From: Malacoraja senta
Lineage: Eukaryota
Assembly: GCA_038087875.1 (NCBI GenBank)
Contig: CM075988.1
Location: 14,572,001 to 14,636,000, forward strand
DNA length: 64,000 bases
Direction: 5' to 3'
In this document: positions 44,691 through 58,093 of the stretch, in pieces
Layout: the number at the start of each line of letters is the position of its first letter
How positions within the stretch are numbered: position 1 is the first letter of the stretch
Program-made: the position numbers and the translations under genes
The notes under the pieces: generated by a model
What the model was told of the DNA's origin: nothing
Seen by the model: only the letters and a program-made list of their open reading frames with translations
The model's database searches: none

Positions 44691-46929
44691 AACTGTTGTA
44701 AGACAAGTGTGCAAAACTGAGAGGAGTGGCCAATTATTAAATCAGGACAAGAGACTGACAGTAATGTAATAAATCCTTTACTACCATGCAAGATACTAAC
44801 CTACCTAAGATTTACCAAGCTTCCAATTCACCCCACTAATCCTGAGTAATGAATATGCTTCAATTGAGCACAGTGGTCCTTTAATCAAGGTTTTTCTGCA
44901 TGAAACATTTTCAGCTGAGTTAGGAAATGTGCCAAGGGCCATGAAATTGGGCTGAAAATGAGACAACATTTGGTGCATTTCCTTAATTTAAAATGTATTG
45001 TTTTTTTGAAGATGCAAAATCACATAGCACTGTTACACAGATATTACTGTACTCTAGGGTACTGCTTCTGCAACATTAATTCCTTCATTCATGATTAAAC
45101 AATTCATATTTTAATGCCAACTGCCTGGATTATCATATTGCCACAGATATCATTAAATGAACATTTAGATAGGGCGGGAGACTGTCGTTGGAATGCTCAT
45201 GAATTCAACACCATTCTGTGTAAGTACAGGGTTTGTTCGTCCTTGACACGGAATTATAAGAACAAGGGTAGACCATATCGCCCCTGAAGTCTTCTCTACC
45301 AGTCAGTGCAGTTACAGTTTATCTGTAACCTAACTAAAATATTTGTCCTCACATTTGATCTTTTCTTAACCAATGTGATTCAAAATTCTTGTGTAGAGGA
45401 ATTCTATTATGAATGCAATTCCTAAAGCATGGTCCATCCATGTGCAGGTCCACTTCAACTGCATATCTGGTTTACATGTTACACCAAGCGCAAGTCAAAC
45501 TGCATCAGAGGCTAAAGGATAAAAGGCAAATTGAATAACATTCCTTCTTCACCCAGTGGGCTGGACAATCAAGAAGAGATGTTTCTTCTGTTATCCAAAA
45601 ACTTAGTAATAAAACAAGTGGTAATAAAGTAATAAAACACTTTTTTTTTAAATTCTCCCTCACCCACCAAGACGTAATGCACAAAGTATCTAACTTACAT
45701 GATCTTGTAACACACAAATAATAATGTTATGCAAACCAACTTTCTTGGAGGGCCATATTAACTCGCAGTTTGAAGAAGAGGCCAAACCGAAACATTGCCG
45801 ATCCATGTCCTCCAGAGATGCTACTTGACCTGCTGAGTTCCTCCAGCACTTTGTGTTTTACACAAGATTCCAGCATCTGCCGTTCCTTGCCTCTCTCATA
45901 TTAACTTGCTTGGGTACAACTGAATTACTAATGAGTACATGATCACGTAATTCCGATTCTTTCAGGCTTCCGTGCAATTTCATCCTCAGTTGTATTGTTA
46001 TACAAAAATCAATACATCTAAGTTGGCTTCTACACATGTACTATGAATAGATAGAGGCAGGCTTCTAGTGTTCATTCTTAATTTCTCTGTATAATTAAAT
46101 ATCTCTATTTCATTCTCTCCTGAATGTATTCGCAGATGTGCACAAAATACTGAGTAAACTTTTAAAAAATCCACAAGATTTTACAGAGAATAAAAAATGA
46201 GTTATGTTATTATTCAAAAATTCTAATATCAGGAAGGAAGAGATTTACACCCATAGATACCTGATCCGTGAATCAGAGTGCAATATATTCATATTAGTAA
46301 AGAGCACCATACTGGGATGGGAAGTGAAAGATTAATGATGACAGGGTAAGTAAAATGAATGAAAATATAAATAACATGTTCACACCAGTTTATCAATGGA
46401 GGCTAGATAATGGGGAGCATTTAGAGATTTACAGAGAGGTTTTTAAGACATATGTGCCAAACACAGGCAAGTTCTGGTAGGCAACATACACACCTCGGTC
46501 AACCTGGATAAGTTGTGCCTAAGGGCCTGTGCTATATAAATCTATGATTCTACCTGTGTCCAATATGCACAGGCATTGGCTACTTTATGAAGTTCAAAGG
46601 TCCACATTTTAGGCAACCTCGACAATTACCTTAAGGATCCAAGAAAGAGAAACCATACTGTCCCTGTGGTCTGTACTTGTCAATAAGATCATGGTTGATC
46701 CTACTCAAGCCCACCTTTCTCTGATCTCCTTATCCCAATTCCTTTAGTATCCAAATGTGTTACTTTGTAACTTACCATCCACTGGGATAGAAGATGTCAA
46801 AGATTCTTAATGCTTCGAGTAACAGTTTTTTTTTGTCATCTTAACAACCAAACCTTTATCCTGAAAAGATTCCCCTCATTCCAAACTTTGCAACCAGACA
46901 TAAACATCTCCTCTGCATCTATTTAGAAT

Positions 46930-47468
46930 ATTGTGTTCCGTTTTGGTCATCCTGTTATGAGAAAGATATTGTTAAGCTGGAGATGGTGCAGAGAAGATTT
47001 ACAAGGATGTTGCCAGGACTCAAGGGCCTGAGCTATAGGGAGTGGTTGAGAAGGCTGGGACTTTATTCCTTGGAGCACAACGGGATGAGCGGTGATCTTA
47101 TAAAGGTGTACAAGATCATGAGAGGAATAGATAGGGAAAATGCTCCGTCTTTCTTCCAGATTAGGGGAATCGAGAACCGGAGGATATAGGTTTAAGGTGA
47201 AAGACAAACATTTAATGGGAAAATGGGAACCTACACGACCACTTTTTTTTACACAAAGAGTGGTGGGTATATGGAACGAGCTGCTGGAGGAAAAAGTTGA
47301 GGCAGGTATTATCACAACATTTTAAAAACATTTAGACAGGTACGTGGATAGGATAGGTTAGAGGTACATGGGCCAAAAGCAGGCATAGTGTTGATAGGGC
47401 ATGTTGGTGGGCATGGGCAAGTTGGGCTGAAGGGATTGTTTCCACACCGTATGGCTCTATGACTCTAT
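46930..47468 (+). mobile_element. CR1 LINE 3' end
   Basis: VQRRFTRMLPGLKGLSYRE.L..LGLYSLE...GDLIKVYKIMRG; FFTQRVVGIWNEL; tail ctctatgactcta. Confidence 0.9.
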
Positions 47469-49377
47469 TATAGCATATAAAGAAAAAGGAAGCAAAGTTA
47501 ATAGGATTGAGTATTGCTCTTCGTTCCCAGTACCAATCATGTACAAGGTATGTTGACAGATTGAGGGTGTGTTGAAGGTGTGTCTGAGCCTGTCTGAAGC
47601 CCTCCACTGCCCTCCTTTCCCCACCTCCAGCACACCACTACCACTCACTTATCACATAAACCATGAATGTAAACTGTTAGCAAACTAACTGGGTAAAGCC
47701 AGGGTGGAGATTGGAGAGGAAAAACCCTCAACCTCCCACCAACCAGGCAGAAAATATTTGAGGGATTTATTACTTGGGATACTCCTAATATACTTCTCAA
47801 CATATGAGAGCATGATAAATAGAAGTAAGAATAGATCAATAGACCATGCAGCCTGACCCATTGACTGAGTAACTCAACATGTCAGGTAGCATCTATGGAG
47901 GAAATGGATTAATCCATGTTTGATCCATTCCCTCCACAGATGCTGCCTGACCCATTGAATTACTTCAGCACTTTGTGTTTTGCTCAGGATTCCAGCATCT
48001 GCACTTCCTTGCATCTCCAGGTCTTATGACACCTTGTGCTATCTCTGCCATTCAATAAAATGGTTGATATTTCTTCCTCAACATCTCTTTCCTGCACTAA
48101 CTCCATATTCCTTGATTACCTTAATACCTACATGAAATGAGATTTACTTTGTTAATCTATTACAACCAAGGACAGGAATAGCTTGAAGGGTTTTTTCAGA
48201 TGAACCAAGACAGGTGACTGTAAATGTTACACCATGAAGCAATCTCATGCATCTCACTGAGCTGAATGTTACTTTCTTCTTTTACTTGCCATGGTTTGAA
48301 GAAAGTGTTTGTCATAATGTTGATGTTATTTGGCTTTTCTTCTTGGGACAAGTATTTTTCATCCATTGATTTTAATTAGCCTGGAGAATGATGGGGGTTG
48401 GGGATAAGGTTTCTGAGAAAATAAATTTCTTTGAAATCAGGCTCAGTGGGAAATGTTGAGGAATCACAAATATTGTGAATATTACTCAAATTCCTATGTA
48501 GGTTGTCCAGGGGATAGTTGACCTTTGGAGATCTCTCTGCAAGAGGACTGTGTACGATCAGTCATTCTGTACAATCAAGGCAGAGTTCAATGGGTTTTTG
48601 GATGTTAAGGGAAGCAGGGATATAGTTAGAGCAGCAAATTGGCACTGAGATGAAATATCAGCAATAATTGTATTGAAAGGTGACTTCAAAGCTGGAATGA
48701 CCTTCCTTAAATCAGGCAACCATACTGCGTGCAGCATTTCAAATGAGTTCTTACTAAAGGCCTGCATAATCTTATTACATTTCCTCTTGGTTGTACTCCA
48801 AATCCCCATGCATTGGTTTAGTTTATCATTATTGTCACTGGTATCAAGACACAGTGAAAAGCTTGTTCTGCATGCTATCCATTTTAGACATGAATACATT
48901 AGGTCATCTTCTAGAACAGCACAGAGAGAATCACTATGTTCGGTGCCATCTTGCAACATCCAAGTCTCAAATCACTGAGTTAGTCCAGCCCTTGGTGTTC
49001 CATGCAAGATTCCAGTTTCTGCAGTTCCTTGTGTCTCCACGGATATGTGTTATCTCGTCTCACAGCAGTTGGTTGATAGTCATGTCTCAGTCGGCATAAA
49101 TATTAAGATGGATCAATGATGGAGAAGAAAGGCACCATAGCACTCCTGCAATGAATGTCTTAGGTCAATTTCATGCCTGTTGTGCATTGACAAAGTATAA
49201 GCCCTTACAGTTGGAGGACAATAATTCTGCTACACCTGAGACCTGGTGTTGTTATGAGAAGCAGACAGTGCAGCACTTGGTTTGCTCACTGCCCAAGACC
49301 AACCCTGCACAGCTTGGGGTCTTGCTAAGACTGATTTGAGTAATTTGCCTGTCAGTAGAAAGGTCCAGGATTCAGGC

Positions 49378-49675
49378 GGAGGAGGGATGAGGGGGGAGGA
49401 GGAGGTGGAGGAGGAGGAGGAGGAGGGATGAGGGGGGAGGAGGAGGAGGGATGAGGAGGGAGGAGGGATGAGGGGGGAGGAGGAGGAGGAGGAGGAGGGG
49501 GAGGAGTGAGGAGTGAGGAGTGATGATGAGGAGGAGGAGGAGGGAGGGAGGAGGGAGGAGGGAGGAGGGAGGAGGGAGGAGGGAGGAGGGAGGAGGGAGG
49601 AGGGAGGAGGGAGGAGGGAGGAGGGAGGAGGGAGGAGGGAGGAGGGAGGAGGAGGAGGATGTGGAGGAGGAGGAA
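49378..49675. repeat. Polypurine (GGA)n / (GGAGGGA)n simple repeat
   Basis: Directly visible; near-perfect 7-mer run at ~49540-49650. Confidence 0.95.
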
Positions 49676-50169
49676 AAAAGAGAAAGTAGGTGAATGCAGT
49701 GAAGGCAAAAAAAAAGAAAGAGGAAAGAAGAAGGGAAAAATAATTGGACATTGATGAAGAAGATGAAGATGACAATGATGACTCCTGGTATGGAGATACT
49801 TGGATTACCAGTTGTGCAATTGATGACTCTCTCTACACGTGAAGACAGCTGAAGCCACAAACCATAGCATGTGCTTGCTCCAATTGATTTCATTAGTAAT
49901 AATGTGGATATAATTGGGCATCCGATAAACAGGGCATCAATCACTTGCCTCATGCATTTATCTGCTGCCAAGTGTGCGATTCTGTCATTATCTTCACAGG
50001 CCCCTGGAAAGATTTTACGTCAAAGAAATGAGATAAAACAAATGCATATCTCTAAGATCTGATCTGGGCCCAGCGCTTTTTTTAGTCGATCTTAAAGAAA
50101 GCCCATCAATGCCTCTATTTTCTTAGAAGATTGAAGAGATGCGGAAAGTCGATGAATAACTCTCAACCC

Positions 50170-50660
50170 TCTACAACTGTATGGTCGAGAGCATATTGAC
50201 CGGTAGCATCATGGCCTGGTTCAGCAACACAAACGCCCAGGAACAAAAGAGATTACAAAATGTGGTGGACACTGCCCGGTGCATCGCAGGTACTGACCTC
50301 CCCATCATCGAAGGGATCAATAGGAGGCGCTGCCTTAAAAGGGCAGCCAGCATTGACCCACACCACCCTGGCCATGCTCTCATTTCACTGCTATCTGGAA
50401 GAAGGTATAGGAGTCTGAAAAACCCCACCATGATCTCCAGATTCAAGAACAGAAGCGTTAGGCTATTGAACACTACAAACAGCAAATGCATTATGAACTA
50501 TTGTGGTTGCACTAAGGACTTTGGGCTTTTGTTCATTGACTTTGGGGTTTTTAAACTTATCGTGTCTTTTTTGTTTACGTTATCTATGAGTACTGTGTTA
50601 TGCTGCTGCAAGTAAGTTCCGTTGTCGGTGCATATCACAATCAAACACTCTTGACACTTG
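50170..50660 (+). mobile_element. Rex1/Babar LINE 3' fragment
   Basis: VESILTGSIMAWFSN...LQNVVDTA...HHPGHALISLLSGRRYRSLK; tail tcaaacactcttgac. Confidence 0.8.
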
Positions 50661-51688
50661 TTGGAGTAAATTTCAGAACCAAAGAGGATGTCGGGATACT
50701 TGACTATGTGGACACTGCAACATGCTTACTGAACATTGACTTTGTTGGCTAAATGCCAAGTGGAGAATGGGGCATAGCTAAGTCACAAGTTCAGATGCTG
50801 AGCGCCTGCAATCGCCAAAATATAGATACGGTCAAGCCACAATGACTGAAATACATGATTAAGTTGCTGAGGGGTTGACTGGCCTCTCACCCAAACAATG
50901 TAAACACCTGATATTGTTTGATATTAAAATATATATAAACCAGCTGTAAGGATCTGTCGGGGAGAAGGTGCTCCCAGACCACGTGGTCTTGACTCTTGTC
51001 TCAGAGCTCTGTTAACAATAAAGTTGCCGCTTTTCGCTTGCTCAGGTCTCAGTGGATATTTTCACCAACACTCCCGACCCTAATGGTGGGTCCACCAGTT
51101 GCATTGGGCAGCAGATGTGTTCCACGAGGTTGCAGGCTTCTGCCTCAGTTTTGGGAAGCCGCTGCTATAGATCTGAGTGATGTTGATATCCTCCTTAGGG
51201 AATGGCTGGTACAGCAGCACTCCCTGCACCCTTGCCATGGAGTGAAGCACAGTGCACCCTGTGTGCTGTGAGCAACAATATTTGAGTAATAGACTTCACT
51301 AACTTCACTCCAGTGGCTATAAATTTATTTCCAAGATTCTCCAAATAACCTCTCCGCCTATCTCCCCTGAAAAGAACTGTTCGCGGAGTCACAGAAGGAA
51401 GCGGCCGGACAGAGCAGTATTTATTGACTGATTTAGCTGTCGAAACTTCAACTTTCGTGCATGCCGAGCACTCGCAATGCGCTCACTGGCAGGTTCAACA
51501 AAGCTCAGTAAACTTGTGCATGCTCATTTACAGTCTTAAACTGCTGTCGATATCACTCTTGGTAAGTGATTACCAATCTCAAATTGACAACCAGCTGCTC
51601 TAAGGAGAGTTTCACTCCCAGCCTGGTGAAGTGGGTTAAAGTCGGGCAGTTTCTCTTTACTATTGCACCCTCCTTTCATGCATCAACG

Positions 51689-51893
51689 CCCATATCCTTC
51701 CTTTCAAATGTGTTAACATTTCTTTCCACCTTCTCCCATATCCTTCTGGTAAAATATGTTAAAATTTCATCCCACTTTCTCCCATATCCTTCCTTTCAAA
51801 TGTATCATAATTCCCCATATCCTTCCTCTCAAATGTGTTAACATTTCCTCCCACCTTCCCCCATATCCTTCCTCTCAAATGTGTTAAAATCCC
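51689..51893. repeat. Minisatellite, ~46-bp unit x ~4.5 (one unit shortened to ~33 bp)
   Basis: cccatatccttcct(t/c)tcaaatgtgttaa(c/a)att… recurs at ~51689, 51735, 51781, 51814 and 51860. Confidence 0.9.
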
Positions 51894-53916
51894 CCTGAGA
51901 ATATCCAGTCAATGCCCACAACTTACCTCCGATTTATCTCTTCCCCATTTTTCTTTACAGTCAGAAATATGATGTTTCTAGTCTTTCTTTCTCAGTGCCA
52001 GAGTTTTGCTATTATCATCCCATGGTCATCCCATGTAACAGTTTGTGTCTCCTGCTCCTGAATCTTTTCTTTTTTGACTAATTTATTTCAGATCTGGTAC
52101 CATGGGCAGGGCCAGCATTTATTGCACAACCCTTGGTTGCTCCTGAAGTGGCTTACTAATCTATTTCAGAGTCTACGTAAAAGTCAAGCACTGGTGGGTC
52201 TGGAGTCACAGTTAGGTTATCTGTCGCCCTCCAATTCTCTGTGCATGCACAGTGTAAATCATTCCTACCTGCCTTGTCTTTTCCCCATTCCTGATCCCTC
52301 CGGTTTTAATTCTAAGATTGTTTTTCTTTCTCTTAGTCCTCTCTAATGCATCATCCTGGTGGATCTCCCTTGCAACGTCAGTAAACTACCCTCCTCCACA
52401 GCATCAGTTAACCTCCGACGAGTAATGTGGGAAAACCCAGTGCTCAGACTTGTCTTGTTCAATACCATATACCGTGGATGATGATTCTTTATTGCCTGGG
52501 CTACTGTGAAGTGAATTGGATTTGTTTCCAGCATCTTAATAATTCTCAGCAAAGCACTTCGATTTGGCATTAATTGATAAAATGCTGAAAATCTCTTTCA
52601 GAGTGGCTGGTGAATTTGGAAACCAGAGATGAGGCAAAGGTGAAAAATGGCAATAAGTGGAGACAAAGAGCGGTGGAGTGGAGCTCGGCTATGAACTTAC
52701 ACAATAAAGAGAAAATGCTGCAGTGAAAAGATTTTGAATTATTTTCTATAATTTCTCCACTTAAATCATTAACATGCAGCACAAAAAATTGAGATGAATA
52801 GCTTCTTGATTAGTAAGGGTGTCAAAGCACAATGTGGTTGAGAAGGAAAAATAGATCCGCCATGATCGAATCGATGGGCCAAATGGCCTAATTCTGCTTC
52901 TATGTCTTGTGATCTTATGATCTAAAAATAACTCTAGCTAGGTGATTATTAATTTAAGGGATTAGGGAGATTTTGTGAATTTATCACATATTGACAGGTG
53001 ACCAGAGGTGACCAGAGCAAGTAAGGCTGGAGAATGACCACCAGCGTTACAGTTTGCATGGAAATTATGACACAATTTTTTAAGATTGCAAATAAAAAAA
53101 ACTCAACATTATTTCCAGGGAGCATTTTTGTTCTTGTAATAATTTGAGGGAGGGGGCCAGGAGGCACAGGGGCCTGCTGTTTGCGACAGTCCCCTGTCCC
53201 CTGCTGATGTCATTTCCTGAGAGGGTTGCCTGCCCATGGCTGGTGTTGAGCTCATTCAGTATGCTGCTGCAGAGAGAGGCTCGATCCGATTGAAGAAATA
53301 ACCTCGTCTCTCCCATTCATCTAGTGAATGGCTTAATCCATCAATTAAGAAAAAAGACAGAGTACAATATTTAAATCAAAACGCATAATTTGTGCCCCAG
53401 TGTGGAATGATTTAAAAGGCTCTTAACTGTTCAACAACTGTCAATTTTCCACAAGATCTCCATTTATGCTGCAAAAAGTGAAGAATGACGGCATTCATTT
53501 TAAATCAGGATGATCTGCAGAAATGTGCAACTTCCCCAGGGTTTACATTATATTTGGCGCTGCCCTCATTCAGTAACTGCACTGAATGGCTTTAAGTTAT
53601 TAGTTGCACACATGCGCTGGATCTTCTGTCCCTGCAGGGAAGGCGAGTTTGTCATATTAACCATAAATTAGCTGCTTCCAGGTCCAAAGCAATGACGAGC
53701 TGTTTTTTTGAATGGTGGAAGTAATGAGGCTGACTTCTACCCATTTAGTAGCAGGTTTACAACAATTTCAACAACAGAGCTGCAACAAATGTGATTTTAA
53801 ATTGTTTGTGGAAATTGAGGCATAATTGCACTTGACTAATTATTTCAGTGCGGACTGTTTAAATTACCTGTGGTCTGCTCTGACGTTAAATCACAGGAGG
53901 ATTGCAATTTTTTTTC

Positions 53917-54255
53917 ACAGACAAAGGAGGCCATTTGGTCTATCGAGTCTGTGCTGGCTCTGAGTGCAATTGTATCAGTCCTATTCTGCCACTTATTCCA
54001 TATAACCCATTTTCCCCTTGCATGCTCCTTAATGCTATTAGGTTGTATTACCACCCACTTGAGGTGATTTGCAGCAGCCAATTAATGCACGAACCAGCAT
54101 GTCATTAGGAGGAAACTGAAACATCCAGGAAAGTCCCATGCAGTTACAAGGGAGAATGAGCAAACTCCACGATCAGACAGTGCCACAGGCCTGGATCCAA
54201 CCTGGCTCATTGGAGCTGTGAGGCAGCCGCATTACCTGTCTCTCCCACTGCCACC
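53917..54255 (-). mobile_element. Degraded V-SINE-like element
   Basis: The reverse complement has ctgcctcacagctcc...ggttggatccag...gtggagtttgctcattctcccttgtaac, plus a CR1-like tail. Confidence 0.6.
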
Positions 54256-54679
54256 AACAATTGTCTTGCTTTTAGCCGAGGCAACCCTAGCTTAAAAAAA
54301 GAAAGTCAGTATACATGGTATTGTGGTGATAGCAATATACAATTCTGAGAAAGGACTTCAAGAAAAACGCTAAGAATACGAAACACACCAAAGTAGTGCT
54401 AATTAGTTAGTGGACCTTGCTGATGCTTATTAACTCTCATTAACCCTCTTTCAGAGGAGCCTGTGTTGCTACACTTATATTTTTCTCTATTCTGCATTAG
54501 TTATCAAGCAGTTTTTAATTTTATTTCTTTTTCAAAGGTTCAAAGACCCTTCATGAATTATTCAGGGTGATTCCCAAATCCACAATTGTAACAGAAGATG
54601 ACCTTATCTGAAGCTGAAGCTGTGGTGACAACAATGTGGCCTGATAATGATGTCTAAAACGAGCCGGCAGTTAGACAAT

Positions 54680-55060
54680 AGACATTTATCCACATGAAAC
54701 TGTATCTGCCATGCATCTGCCCACTCACCCAACCTGTCCAAGTCACCCTGCATCCTCATAGCATCCTCCTCACAGTTCACACTGCCACCCAGCGTTGTGT
54801 CATCTGCAAATTTGCTAATGTTACTTTTAATCCCTGCATCTAAATCATTAATGTATATTGTAAATAGCTGCAGTCCCAGCACCGGGCCTTGTGGTACCCC
54901 ACTAGTCACTGCCTGCCATTCTGAAAGGGACCCGTTAATCCCTACTCTTTGTTTCCTGTCTGCCAACCAATTTTCTATCCATGTCAGTACCCTACCTCCA
55001 ACACCATGTGCTCTAATTTTGCCCACTAATCTCCTATGTGGGACCTTATCAAATGCTTTT
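54680..55060 (-). mobile_element. CR1 RT fragment
   Basis: KAFDKVPHRRL...SGVPQGPVLG.QLFTIYINDLD...FADDTTLGG. Confidence 0.9.
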
Positions 55061-55460
55061 GGATGCAATTAAGCAATCATTCTGCAGGTCACATCTTCTT
55101 TTGCCCACAACAAAGTGATTGTTGCACTCTCAGTGCCAAGTTATTTATACAGTTATTTGACATGAGCATTAAGTAGATTGAATTGAACAATAAAATGAAC
55201 CATCTGAAAATGTCTTTTATACAACTTGACACAAGAAAATTGGGTTTTCAGCGAGGCAAGGAAATAAAACAGAAACAGATTAGGTGTCATTGATATTTCC
55301 ATGTAAATAGAATCACTTCTGTCTTTGAAGGCATTAATCTTTCCTTCACTGAACAAAGTTTGATATTTGTCCCAAACAGTTTTTTCTAACAACTGCTCGG
55401 TTGAATAGTTTTCCAAACAATTCTCCTTCCATAGTTAGGTTTTTAACCAAGATCTAAGAA

Positions 55461-55750
55461 ATGGCACAGTGTCGCAGCTTTAGAGTTGCTACCTTACAAT
55501 GCCAGAGACCCAGGTTCGATCCTGACTACGGGTGCTGTCTGTATGGAGTTTGTACGTTCTTTCTGTGGCCACGTGGGTTTTATCCCGGTGCTCTGGTTTC
55601 CTATCACTTCCAAAAGACATACAGGTTCAGCAAAACTGGAAATTGTTCCTAGTGTGTATGATAGTGCTAATGTATGGGGTAATTGCTGTTCAATGCCGAC
55701 TGAGTGGGCCGAAGGGCCTGTTTCCACACTGTATTTCTAAAGTCTAAAGT
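55461..55750 (+). mobile_element. V-SINE (HE1-like)
   Basis: agagttgctaccttacaatgccagagacccaggttcgatcctgactacgggtgctgtctgtatggagtttgtacgttc...gtgggccgaagggcctgtttcc. Confidence 0.85.
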
Positions 55751-55802
55751 ATTGTAGAAACCAGGGCTACATTTCTTGGAAATTACTTTAGGGTAATTTG
55801 AT

Positions 55803-55896
55803 TGAAAGAACTGCCATCAACCGAGTGAGGTGGAGGACATTTGTCAATGGCCTATGCTCCCTGGAGGAGCAAAGGGCTTAAGAAGAAGAAGAAGAA
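55803..55896 (+). mobile_element. RTE-type LINE extreme 3' end with (AAG)n tail
   Basis: Encodes RTAINRVRWRTFVNGLCSLEEQRA*, similar to the RTE C-terminal A.DR..WR..V.GLCS motif, followed by aagaagaagaag. Confidence 0.55.
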
Positions 55897-56409
55897 TTTG
55901 ATTGAAGTTTCCAATATATTAAGGGGTTACTTCTGTGAGTTGGGGAACCTATGGAGGTATAGTAATGTGTAGAAAGGAAATGCAGATGCTAATTTATACT
56001 GATGATAGACACAAAGTGCTGAAGTGTCTCAGCGGGTCAGGTAGCATCTCTGGATAAAAATAATGGGTGACTTTTCGGGTCGGGGCCCTGCTCCAAACCG
56101 AAAGTGGAGGGGAGGAAACTGGAGGTATTAAAGTCCAGAACAAAGCAACAGATGACCAATAATGGCCCATTGTTGGTTGGGGAAGAGGTGATAACGGATA
56201 ACAATGGATACAGTAAGATAAGTTGGATGAGGTGCAAGTGAACCTCTGCTTTTCATAAAAGGACTGTCGGGATCCTGGATGGAGTCAAGGGAGGACTGTG
56301 GAATCTGCTCAATTTCAAATGTTGGTAGGTGAAGGGTCAGGCTGCCGTTTGGCAATGCATGAACCTATGTTGTAGGAAGGAAGATGTGTGGATAGAGCAG
56401 AAATGGATG

Positions 56410-56707
56410 ACACAATGGCACAGTTGGTAGAGCTGCAGCCTCACAGCACCAGAGGCCTGGGTTCAATCCTGACCTTGGGGGGATGTCTGTGTGGAGTTTG
56501 CATGTTTTCCCTGTGATTGTGGTGGTTTCCTCTGGGTCCTCTGGTTTCCTCCAGAACCCAAAGACATGCAGGTTTGGAGGTCAATTGTAAATTGCCCTTA
56601 GTGTGGAAGAGTGGATGAGAAAGTGGGATAACATAGAAGAAGTGTGAACCGGTGATCAATGGTTGACGCAGTCCCTGTTTCCATGGTGTATCCTTAAACT
56701 AAACTAA
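56410..56707 (+). mobile_element. V-SINE (HE1-like)
   Basis: ggtagagctgcagcctcacagcaccagaggcctgggttcaatcctgacc...gtggagtttgcatgttttccctgtga; taaactaaact tail. Confidence 0.8.
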
Positions 56708-57604
56708 ATATGCTGGGTGTATGGAGGTCTCGTGCAACAGTGAGATGGAAAGTACCTGACATCACAACCGAGAAGAGATGAAAGGTGCAGTCAGTGGGGA
56801 GATGTCACCAATTGTTTCAGTGTAAAGCTTTTACTTTCTGAAAGTACTGATAGCAGCTGAATGTTTTTAAGAAAAAAAGTGATAACAAAACATCATTTTC
56901 AATTTAGACTCAGTGGTATAAAGTATCCAGAACTATTTTGAAGAAATACTGTAACTTCAGTTCTTCAATAACAAGCCTGTTGATTTTATTTACGTTCCCA
57001 TTATTTAATTTGAAATTTATTTTTATATAATTTAATATCATTAGAGTTTTTAATCAGTAACTGAGCATCTTAACTATCAGAATTAGGGAATCATCTGGAG
57101 CAGAACAGCATGAGAACTGCACATAATTCCGATCTGTGCAATGAAACACAGAGTTACAGTGGCACTCAATGTGATTTTCTAATGTCACATTTCGATAAAT
57201 ATTGAGAATAACTTTAAAAGAATTTACTTAATTTCACTTAATTCAGAAAGTATCCACTAATGCTTGTGGAGTTCTTGTTTTTTAACCCGTGTACTCAATC
57301 GGACAATCAAACAGATTTGTGAACAAGGGTGAAATATTCTTTGTAAAAAAACAGGGAACTGCAGATGCTGGTTAATACGGAAAAAGACACAAAGTGCAGG
57401 AGTAACTCAGCTTGTCAGACCGCATCTTTGGTGAACTTAGTTAGGTGATGTTTTTGGTCGAGACCCTTCTTCAGACTGGTTCTCCTGAAGCTGCTTGCTC
57501 CTTGCCTGAAACACAATCTCACAGTCAACTATCCTTCTAGTTTGTCTTTTTTTTTTTGTGTCTTATGTATCCCTGCTCACGTAACTATATATATATTTTC
57601 TTAA

Positions 57605-57890
57605 AGATACAGCATGGAAAGAGGCCCTTCAACCCACTGAATCCATGCCAACCATCGATCACCTGTTATCAAACTTTCTCATCCACTCCCAACACACTGG
57701 GGACAATTAAGAGGCCAGTTGACCCCACAAACTCACCCATCTTTGGGATATGGAAGACAACTGGAGCACTGGGAGAAAACCCACGTGATCACAGTGTGAA
57801 CATGCAAACTCCATACAGACAGGATGAGGTCAGGATCTAACCTTGGATTTTGGTGCTGTGTATCAGCTGTTCTGTTAGCTGTGCCGTCCC
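57605..57890 (-). mobile_element. V-SINE (HE1-like)
   Basis: The reverse complement contains gtctgtatggagtttgcatgttcacactgtgatcacgtgggttttctcccagtgctccag and the tail gggttgaagggcctctttccatgctgtatct. Confidence 0.75.
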
Positions 57891-57915
57891 TAAATTGTTT
57901 CGTCTAACATTGCTG

Positions 57916-58093
57916 TAAATCCTTAAATGCCACACATTAAGCAGAAGATATGTGGATAAATGTAAAAAGAAATTGGATGCAATATTCTGTTATCTTTATC
58001 CTAATGTGTTGCATTTAAATCCTTAAATGCCACACATTAAGCAGAAGATATGAGGATAAATGTGTAAAGACATTGGATGCAATATTCTGTTAT
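57916..58093. repeat. Tandem duplication, 100-bp period (~1.8 copies)
   Basis: taaatccttaaatgccacacattaagcagaagatatg…ggatgcaatattctgttat at 57916 and 58016. Confidence 0.9.

Noticed and set aside
49230..49971. Pro/Ser/Leu-rich ORFs up to 199 aa
   Set aside because: Translations of the (GGA)n/(GGAGGGA)n repeat.
51689..51893. Repeat with apparently variable intervening sequence (CRISPR-like look)
   Set aside because: The intervening parts are homologous to each other, there are no cas genes, and the context is vertebrate. It is a minisatellite.
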